IMG/VR virus record: IMGVR_UViG_2734482779_000007
Direction: 5' to 3' (one strand)
DNA: 22,685 nt
Source of the DNA: a virus
Taxonomy: Duplodnaviria > Heunggongvirae > Uroviricota > Caudoviricetes
The notes below the pieces were generated by a model that saw nothing but the letters and a program-made list of their open reading frames with translations, made no database searches and was not told where the DNA came from. Every line of letters begins with the position of its first letter. Positions within the stretch are counted from its first letter, which is position 1. Positions 7,570-14,077 of this stretch are shown here, one piece after another. The position numbers and the translations under genes were made by a program.

Positions 7570-8622
7570 TTAGCTGTCGGCGAACTTCAGGCCAGTGACC
7601 ATCGCGCACTTGCCATAGTCTTCAACGACATAAGCGTCATTGATGGACTGATAGGTGGCGATGCGGTTGTATTCCGGTTCGTCTTTCATCAGACGACGCA
7701 TTGAACCTTTTTGCCAGTAAATCGACAGGTTGTTGAACGAGGTGATCAGCATCGTTGCATCCGGGAAGAACGGCGCAAGGAACACGCCCAGCCCGCCAAT
7801 GGTGCGCGATGACAGGATGAGCTGCCCGGCAAGTAATTCCGCATTGGGATTCTGGCCGCTGATGCTGTTCAGCACGGGCAGACGCAGCGAGTTAAACAGG
7901 TTGCGCCCCATAATCACCACGAGGTCGTCAGCTTCCTTGTGCCATTCATCCAGCAGGGATGAACGCGCGTCCTGTACCAGTGCATCAGCGTTCGCATACT
8001 TACCCGCGTGCGCCACGGTGTTGTCCATGTTGCGGGAGGTCAGCGTCACGTCATTCATAACGCGCTCGCTGGCGTCGGTTCTGATGTGCTCCAGCCATCC
8101 CACGTTAACGTCCTGAAGCAGCTTGTTGGTGCTGAAGTTGGATTCATCCGCGTGAGACGTGCCGTTGAAACCGATCATGATGCGGTCAAGCGCCACCTGC
8201 CGGGCAATCTGTGCGCTGATGCGGGACTGAAAATCAGGATGTGCCGCCCAGGCATCAAGCTGCGGATATGAAATAAACGTGTCGTAGTTCACCTGTTCGC
8301 ACTGGTATTTGCGGTTTTTCAGATCAACCACGTTATTCGGGTTACGGCGTTTTGTGCCGTCATAACTGGTATTCGTGCGCGCAATCGGCCCGGTGGTATC
8401 CAGGAGGATTTTTTCGCCTTTCTGGTCGATCACGCCGATCACGTTAATTCTTTTTGTAAATTCGGTGCTTTCCTTTGAGGCGTTTTCAAAACGCTGCTGT
8501 ACCGAGGGTTCCACGGTAAATCGCGATACCAGTGCGGAAACCGGGATATTGTTAAGCGACGCCTGCTGCGCCATATAGCAACCCAGCTTGTTGCGGGTAA
8601 TATCTGACATCACCAGATTCAT
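7570..8622 (-). CDS. N: Major capsid protein N (P2 gpN-like)
   Basis: 350-aa ORF with ...FTVEPSVQQRF...KGEKILLDTTGPIA...YQCEQVNYDTFISYPQLDAWA...MIGFNG...LQDVNVGWLEHIR...DLVVIMGRNL...NLSIYWQKGSMRRL..., collinear with P2 gpN. AAGGAG SD before ATG 8622. Confidence 0.9.
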   Translation of the reverse strand: MNLVMSDITRNKLGCYMAQQASLNNIPVSALVSRFTVEPSVQQRFENASKESTEFTKRINVIGVIDQKGEKILLDTTGPIARTNTSYDGTKRRNPNNVVDLKNRKYQCEQVNYDTFISYPQLDAWAAHPDFQSRISAQIARQVALDRIMIGFNGTSHADESNFSTNKLLQDVNVGWLEHIRTDASERVMNDVTLTSRNMDNTVAHAGKYANADALVQDARSSLLDEWHKEADDLVVIMGRNLFNSLRLPVLNSISGQNPNAELLAGQLILSSRTIGGLGVFLAPFFPDATMLITSFNNLSIYWQKGSMRRLMKDEPEYNRIATYQSINDAYVVEDYGKCAMVTGLKFADS

Positions 8623-8645
8623 AAAAAATTTGCTCCTTTGTCTTA

Positions 8646-9482
8646 TCAGAAGTCAGCCAGCTGGTCGGAGGCTGCGCCCGTTGCGGTGAACCGATTCTGC
8701 GGATCGCTGTCCTGCGTGCGCAGTTTTTCCTTCAGTGCTGCCAGCTCTGTGGTCAGTAAAGTGATTTTCTGGCTGTCCTGCTGATGGCGGGTTTCCAGCA
8801 CATTAAAACGGTCGATAATGTCGGCCTGTGACGTTGCGACACCTTCCACCGCTTCCTGAATACGGGAGAAACTGGCGTCATCCGCTTTGCGGCCACGGCC
8901 AATAATCCCCATAACGCGGTTAAACCACTGGGTGCCTTCTTCCTGACGTTGTTCGGTGAGTTCGATAAGTTCTGACTCCATAGCGGCGGTAAACATCGCC
9001 ACGTCTCCCTGCTGACAGTTGAATGTCATCAGTTGCATACGTTGTTGTGCCGCAAAGGCCAGACGTTCCGTGCCCAGGCTGGCAGGGGTGTCGGTCATTG
9101 CCAGCCCGCGCAGGTAAGGGCCTCCCGTGATGGTTGACTGTGGTTCCAGCTCAATACTGGAGTAAATTTTTTTACCATCGTTAAGCAGGGACATCATGCG
9201 AGCGGTCGGCTCAATTTCGGCATACAGTGCCGTGCGACCTGCCAGCGGGCCATCGGTTATGTCTTCGGTGCTCAACCCCACAACATCGCCCATAGCGGAA
9301 AACTCGCTACCGGGGAGTGGTGACAGGATGTGCTCAATATTCACACGTGCACCATAAACGGACGGGTTATAACTGGTGGCGGCAGCTTTCAGCATGTCGC
9401 CGTTGATTTCGCGCCCGTCTGCCGTTACACCGGAGACAGCCACGCGAAACTTTTTGCGGGATGTCTTTTTTTCATTAGCCAT
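8646..9482 (-). CDS. O: Capsid scaffolding protein O (P2 gpO-like)
   Basis: ORF track 8646..9515. The in-frame ATG at 9482 is preceded by AGAGGGG and gives MANEKKTSRKKFRVAVSGVTADGREINGDMLKAAATSYNPSVYGARVNIEHI, matching P2 gpO MAKKVSKFFRIGVEGDTCDGRVIS. ATG 9515 has no SD. Confidence 0.85.
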   Translation of the reverse strand: MANEKKTSRKKFRVAVSGVTADGREINGDMLKAAATSYNPSVYGARVNIEHILSPLPGSEFSAMGDVVGLSTEDITDGPLAGRTALYAEIEPTARMMSLLNDGKKIYSSIELEPQSTITGGPYLRGLAMTDTPASLGTERLAFAAQQRMQLMTFNCQQGDVAMFTAAMESELIELTEQRQEEGTQWFNRVMGIIGRGRKADDASFSRIQEAVEGVATSQADIIDRFNVLETRHQQDSQKITLLTTELAALKEKLRTQDSDPQNRFTATGAASDQLADF

Positions 9483-9636
9483 AGTTTTTGCCCCTCTGAC
9501 TGGTTCTTCAGTCATGATGGCAAAGCGTAACAGGCTGATACAAAGGGCTTTTGTTGTAAGAAAACGGCCAGAACAGGGGGTTAAGGAGAACAGTTTCGCG
9601 CGCGGGTAATCTTCCTGTAATTACTCAGGGGGAGCA
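9483..9636. promoter_or_regulatory. Divergent late-promoter region between O (leftward) and P (rightward)
   Basis: 154-bp gap between divergently transcribed late operons, equivalent to P2 P_O/P_P. Contains palindrome ACAAA-GGGCT-TTTGT at 9540-9554. No canonical TGT-N12-ACA box found, so promoter positions are not assigned. Confidence 0.4.
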
Positions 9637-11388
9637 ATGATTCAGGACGCTTTTGTGCGCCAGCGTGCGCGGCAACTTTACTGGCAGGGTTATCCGCCCG
9701 CAGAAATATCACGTCTGATGGGAATAAACCCGAACACGATTTATGCGTGGAAAAAACGCGACCAGTGGGATGAAACGCCACCTGTGCAGCGTGTCACGCA
9801 GTCCATCGATGCGCGCCTCATCCAGCTTACTGAAAAACAGAATAAAACAGGCGGTGACTTTAAGGAAATAGACCTGCTGACCCGGCAGCTTAAAAAGCTG
9901 CATGATGGCCAGCCGGATGTGATGGCCGCAGGAAAGAAAGGCCGGGCGAAAAAACTCAAAAATCATTTCACGCCGGAACAGATTGCCGCACTGCGGGACA
10001 AAATCATCAGCAGGCTGGAGTGGCATCAGCGGGGCTGGTTTGACTCCCTGACCCTTTGCAGGGAAGCCGGGATACGTAACAGGATGATCCTGAAATCCCG
10101 ACAGATTGGGGCGACCTGGTATTTTGCACAGGAAGCTCTGCTGATGGCGCTGCGTGACGATGTGGCGCAACCTTACCAGCGTAACCAGATTTTTTTGTCT
10201 GCGTCGCGTCGTCAGGCGTTCCAGTTTAAAAGCATTATTCAGAAGGCCGCGGCTGAAGTTGATGTGGAGCTGAAAGGGGGCGATAAAATCATCCTCTCCA
10301 ACGGCGCAGAGCTGCATTTTCTCGGCACTTCTGCTGCGTCGGCACAGTCCTATACGGGCAATTTTTATTTTGATGAATTCTTCTGGGTCAGTCGCTTTGC
10401 TGAACTGCGCAAGGTGGCTGGCGCTATGGCAACCCTCAGCGGACTGCGGCGCACCTACTTCTCCACGCCATCCACCGAAACGCACGAGGCATACGCCTAC
10501 TGGAACGGCGACCGCTGGAACGAGAAAAAGGCCACGCATAAACGCCAGCGTTTTTCTGTGGACTGGAAAACGCTGCATAACGGGCTTATCTGCCCTGACC
10601 GGACGTGGCGGCAAATTGTCACGCTGGAAGATGTGGTTAATCACGGCTGGAAACACACCGATATTGATGAAATTCGTGATGAAAACACCGAAGACGAGTT
10701 CCTCAATCTCTATATGTGTGAGTTTGTCCGCGAAGGGGAATCGGCATTTAACCTGAATATCCTGATTGGCTGTGGCGTTGACGGATACGATGACTGGAAA
10801 GACTGGAAACCTTTTGCTCCCCGCCCGATGGGGAATCGTCCGGTGTGGATTGGGTATGACGCAAACGGCAGCAGTGGCAACGGCGACAGCGGCGCTGTGT
10901 CCGTGGTGGTTCCTCCGGCTGTTCCTGGTGGCCGTTTTCGAACGGTGGAGACGCGACGCGTTCAGGGGCTGGAGTTTGAAGAACAGGCCAGAGTCATTGA
11001 AGAGTTCACGTGTCGCTACAACGTGGAACACATCGGCATTGATGTGACGGGCGGGAACGGGGAGGCTGTTTATCAGATAGTGAAACGGTTTTTCCCTGCT
11101 GCTATTCCGTACACCTTCACGCTGTCATCAAAACGGTCGCTGGTACTGAAAATGCTGCAAATAATGCGTGCCGGGCGGTGGGAATACGATCGCGCCGAAC
11201 GCGAGCTGGTCGCGGCCTTTAACGCCGTGCGTAAGGTGAAAACACCGGGCGGCTTTATCACTTACGAAACGGACCGCGCGAGGGGGATCAGCCACGGCGA
11301 CCTTGCGTGGGCAACCATGCTTGCTGTCATTAACGAACCGATTGGCGGCGAAGGAGAAAACGAGCGTTTCACGGTTATGGAGTTCTGA
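9637..11388 (+). CDS. P: Terminase large (ATPase) subunit P (P2 gpP-like)
   Basis: 583-aa ORF preceded by GGGGGAG SD; size and position (divergent from O, followed by the portal with TGATG overlap) match P2 gpP. Confidence 0.9.
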   Translation: MIQDAFVRQRARQLYWQGYPPAEISRLMGINPNTIYAWKKRDQWDETPPVQRVTQSIDARLIQLTEKQNKTGGDFKEIDLLTRQLKKLHDGQPDVMAAGKKGRAKKLKNHFTPEQIAALRDKIISRLEWHQRGWFDSLTLCREAGIRNRMILKSRQIGATWYFAQEALLMALRDDVAQPYQRNQIFLSASRRQAFQFKSIIQKAAAEVDVELKGGDKIILSNGAELHFLGTSAASAQSYTGNFYFDEFFWVSRFAELRKVAGAMATLSGLRRTYFSTPSTETHEAYAYWNGDRWNEKKATHKRQRFSVDWKTLHNGLICPDRTWRQIVTLEDVVNHGWKHTDIDEIRDENTEDEFLNLYMCEFVREGESAFNLNILIGCGVDGYDDWKDWKPFAPRPMGNRPVWIGYDANGSSGNGDSGAVSVVVPPAVPGGRFRTVETRRVQGLEFEEQARVIEEFTCRYNVEHIGIDVTGGNGEAVYQIVKRFFPAAIPYTFTLSSKRSLVLKMLQIMRAGRWEYDRAERELVAAFNAVRKVKTPGGFITYETDRARGISHGDLAWATMLAVINEPIGGEGENERFTVMEF

Positions 11389-12434
11389 TGAGCAGAAAAA
11401 ATAAAAAAGTGCGCATGAGTTCACGCATTGATCTCGCTGATGCGCTCAGGAAAGAATCATCGCTCAGTGCATTCACATTTGATGGTCCTTATCGCCTGAC
11501 CGGGCATGACCTGCTGGACAATATGTACTGTGCTGATAACGGGCGGTGGTATGAAACCCCGGTGGACTGGTACGGTCTGGCAAGAGCAGCCCGGCAAACG
11601 TCCTGGCATCAGTCTGCGCTTTACTTTAAGCGCAATGTATTACTCGGTTGCTACATCCCGCACCCGCTGCTTTCCCGGCAGGATTTCTCGGCGCTGGCGC
11701 TGGACTGGTTTGTGTTCGGTAACGCATTCCTTGAGCTTCGAAGCAATATGCTCGGCGAACCGCTTAAATTACGGCACGCCCTGGCGAAATACATGCGACG
11801 CGGAAGCGATCTTGAATCATGGTGGTATGTGCAGGATGGTAAGGACGCGTTTCAGTTTCGCCCTGGCAAAGTGTGCCACCTGATGAATCCTGACATTAAC
11901 CAGGAAATCTACGGCATGCCGGAATATCTCGGCGCATTACTCTCGGCCAGCCTGTCTCATTCGGCGGACATGTTCAGAAAACTGTATTACGACAATGGAT
12001 CCCACGCCGGGTGCATCATCTACATCGGTGCAGCGCAGGTAAACCGCGAAAGCATGGACTCCCTGAAAGAAACGTTACAGGGTGCGCGTGGTGGTGGTGC
12101 GTTTAAAAACGTGCTCATCCATGCGCCCAACGGGGGCAAAGAGGGGGTGCAAATTTTGCCGTTCCAGCAGATCACCGCAAAGGATGAGTTCATGAATGTT
12201 AAGGCGGCATCCCGTGATGATGTGCTGGCTGCGCACCGCGTTCCGCCGCAACTGATGGGGGCGATGCCGGGCGAAAAAAGTGCGTTTGGTGATGTGGAGA
12301 AGGCCGCGCGGGTTTACGCAATTAACGAGCTGATGCCTGTCATGGAGGCCATGAAGCACATCAATGACTGGCTTGGCGAAGAGGTGATCCGCTTTAACCC
12401 TTACGCACTGTTAGACACCCAGCCCACATCCTGA
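11388..12434 (+). CDS. Q: Portal protein Q (P2 gpQ-like)
   Basis: 348-aa ORF translationally coupled to P; size and position match P2 gpQ, the last gene before cos. Confidence 0.9.
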   Translation: MSRKNKKVRMSSRIDLADALRKESSLSAFTFDGPYRLTGHDLLDNMYCADNGRWYETPVDWYGLARAARQTSWHQSALYFKRNVLLGCYIPHPLLSRQDFSALALDWFVFGNAFLELRSNMLGEPLKLRHALAKYMRRGSDLESWWYVQDGKDAFQFRPGKVCHLMNPDINQEIYGMPEYLGALLSASLSHSADMFRKLYYDNGSHAGCIIYIGAAQVNRESMDSLKETLQGARGGGAFKNVLIHAPNGGKEGVQILPFQQITAKDEFMNVKAASRDDVLAAHRVPPQLMGAMPGEKSAFGDVEKAARVYAINELMPVMEAMKHINDWLGEEVIRFNPYALLDTQPTS

Positions 12435-12460
12435 CGCGCTTCGCTTGTCTGCTGCTTCGC

Positions 12461-12485
12461 CGGGGCATAAAAAATTTATGCCCCG
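12461..12485 (+). terminator. Candidate terminator hairpin after portal gene Q
   Basis: 11-bp perfect stem CGGGGCATAAA / TTTATGCCCCG with 3-nt loop, 27 nt after the Q stop. No U-run follows. Confidence 0.35.
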
Positions 12486-12858
12486 ACTCTCCAGCTCCTG
12501 TATCAGTCAGATAATTTCACGACGCTTTCCTGCTGATTGCCATCATCGACAGTCAGACTCTTACGCAATCCCACCGCGTTGACTGCATGTTCTCGCCGTC
12601 TCAGTGCGATTTTGACGGCCTTACCTTTCACCCCATCAAATCAAAAGCCCTCACGTCTTTTTCACGCTCAGCGTGAGAAATACAGCCATTCTGTTGTATC
12701 TCTGCGACATCGTTCAGGGAATGCTATTTACCCCCTGAAACGCGGGCTGTTCCCCCGTCACTTGCGCGCAGAAAAAACGCGTTTTTTTGTGCATGCACGG
12801 ATCCCTGACGGATCCAGCCACCATGCGGGCCGGAAGGGTAAAAAGTCGTTCAAAAAAA

Positions 12859-12885
12859 TTGTGCAAATTTGTGCACTATTGTGCA
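12859..12885. repeat. Three direct repeats of TTGTGCA phased 10 bp apart
   Basis: TTGTGCA at 12859-12865, 12869-12875 and 12879-12885 (one helical turn apart), flanked by A7 upstream and hairpin AGGGCGAT / ATCGCCCT (12888-12911) downstream. Confidence 0.5.
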
Positions 12886-12923
12886 GAAGGGCGATGCGCG
12901 ATTATCGCCCTGGTTTGGCAGTT

Positions 12924-13130
12924 CTAAATACGTTTCACAATACCCACAAGATTGCCAGGTGACAGTTCTGCTGTGTGTTTAATATCGTCCACTATGTACG
13001 ATGCATGTTCACGGTTAATCGCATAGATATAAAATGAGTACTTCCGTTCATCTGCCATAAAGTCGACAGAAAATAATTTCCATGTACGCCCCTCGACTTC
13101 AACCTGTAACGGCATATTTATTCCGCTCAC
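12924..13130 (-). CDS. Hypothetical small protein (68 aa)
   Basis: ORF MSGINMPLQVEVEGRTWKLFSVDFMADERKYSFYIYAINREHASYIVDDIKH...; first codon GTG at 13130 is preceded by AAAGGAG. Last gene of the minus-strand small-ORF cluster before the cos region. Confidence 0.4.
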   Translation of the reverse strand: MSGINMPLQVEVEGRTWKLFSVDFMADERKYSFYIYAINREHASYIVDDIKHTAELSPGNLVGIVKRI

Positions 13131-13156
13131 GCATAGTCTCCTTTTGAAAATTCTAA

Positions 13157-13597
13157 TTAAATATTTTCGTTACGAAGCATGGCGGCGCGGCAGGCTTCAT
13201 CAACCATAGCTTCTACGTTTTCGAGAAGTACGTAACTGTACTGCTGCCCACTAACCCATTCTTTTCTGCGAGGTAATGCGCGTGGGTCAGATACAATAGC
13301 TCGCAAACGTTCCAGAACAGTTGGTACTGCTGGCGGCTCGCGATACAGCGAGATTACACGACGCGGGTCCGCATATTTATCTGGCGGACACTGAAATATC
13401 TCACCGAAACCATACTTCCTGACATCGCGCAGTTCCTCTTCATCAGTCCATGCCACCGGTTCTGCTTCCAGCGATGCCAGAGCAATCCGTGCCAGCTCTT
13501 CCGCTTCTTCTGCTGGCAGTACAACGTTGCTACCAGGTCCGTATGTTTCGCGCCACTGCTTGATTGTCAGCAGTCGCTCTTTGGTTATAGTTGTCAT
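13157..13597 (-). CDS. Hypothetical protein (146 aa)
   Basis: ORF MTTITKERLLTIKQWRETYGPGSNVVLPAEEAEELARIALASLEAEPVAWTDEEELRDV...; ATG overlaps upstream stop (ATGA). No recognisable domain. Confidence 0.5.
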   Translation of the reverse strand: MTTITKERLLTIKQWRETYGPGSNVVLPAEEAEELARIALASLEAEPVAWTDEEELRDVRKYGFGEIFQCPPDKYADPRRVISLYREPPAVPTVLERLRAIVSDPRALPRRKEWVSGQQYSYVLLENVEAMVDEACRAAMLRNENI

Positions 13598-13803
13598 TTG
13601 TTAACCCTCAAAACTTTATGCCCGGGCGCAAAAGCACGTGTTTTGTCTTTGCTTATTCGCCAGCCATCCTTACGCGCCTCTTTTGCACAACCAGCCCATG
13701 ACGTACCGATATACTCTCCGAAGTCTGGCGACTTATATTTGCCATCTGTACACTGGAGGCAATCACAATAGAGATGCATGGTGTAACTTGCAGCGATAGC
13801 CAT
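13594..13803 (-). CDS. Hypothetical small Cys-rich protein (69 aa)
   Basis: Within ORF 13594..13824 the ATG at 13803 is preceded by AAAGGAGAG and gives MAIAASYTMHLYCDCLQCTDGKYKSPDFGEYIGTSWAGCAKEARKDGW (C-x-C-x2-C...C, possible metal site). Confidence 0.45.
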   Translation of the reverse strand: MAIAASYTMHLYCDCLQCTDGKYKSPDFGEYIGTSWAGCAKEARKDGWRISKDKTRAFAPGHKVLRVNK

Positions 13804-13804
13804 A

Positions 13805-13978
13805 TCACTCTCCTTTGATACCAATGTTTACAGTCTGGCAAGCTTCTCTGAGCACCCAGTCAACAGCGTCTTTCCATGCTCCGGTTTCGGTTGGCGGATT
13901 CTCACGCTTTACCAGTTCGCCGTTCTCAGTCCATGCCAGCTTGATGTTGGTGGAGCCGTCGTCGATACAAATTTTCAT
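13805..13978 (-). pseudogene. ParM/StbA-like N-terminal fragment (57 codons), probable remnant
   Basis: Unlisted minus-strand ORF, ATG 13978 preceded by [43 protein letters not shown]... begins like plasmid R1 ParM ([21 protein letters not shown], phosphate-1 motif) but stops after 57 codons. Confidence 0.35.
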
Positions 13979-14012
13979 GTCGCTTTTCCTTATGTTGATT
14001 AATTAATCGTTT

Positions 14013-14037
14013 ACGGGATTCTGAAATCCCGTTTTTT
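14013..14037 (+). terminator. Plus-strand intrinsic-terminator-like hairpin 1 downstream of gene A
   Basis: Stem ACGGGATT (14013-14020) / AATCCCGT (14025-14032), loop CTGA, followed by T6 (14032-14037) on the plus strand. Confidence 0.5.
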
Positions 14038-14048
14038 CCTGTTTTGTG

Positions 14049-14077
14049 CGCGCTTCAAATATCGCTGCGCGTTTTTT
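14049..14077 (+). terminator. Plus-strand terminator-like hairpin 2 overlapping the A stop codon
   Basis: Stem CGCGC (14049-14053) / GCGCG (14067-14071), 13-nt loop, followed by T6 (14072-14077). Confidence 0.35.

Larger units (their letters stand above)
12435..12923. other. Non-coding region downstream of the portal gene, expected to contain cos
   Basis: 490 bp with no convincing ORF (the 141-aa plus-strand ORF is R/S/H-rich and lacks an SD). Dense in palindromes and phased repeats. In P2 cos lies next to the 3' end of Q. Exact cos not identified. Confidence 0.35.

Noticed and set aside
9709-11031. 440-aa minus-strand ORF
   Set aside because: Entirely antisense to terminase ATPase gene P; no recognisable motifs; an accident of codon bias on the opposite strand.
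12537-12962. 141-aa plus-strand ORF across the cos-proximal region
   Set aside because: Highly basic R/S/H-rich translation, no SD, and it runs through multiple palindromes; the region is more plausibly non-coding packaging/regulatory DNA.
13815-14006. 63-aa plus-strand ORF
   Set aside because: Antisense to the ParM-like fragment ORF and ends within terminator hairpin 1; no SD.
12435-14054. Presence of old, tin or PARIS-type defence genes at the A-to-cos hotspot
   Set aside because: No ORF of appropriate size (old about 590 aa, tin about 250 aa) and no ATPase or nuclease motifs; only small ORFs are present.
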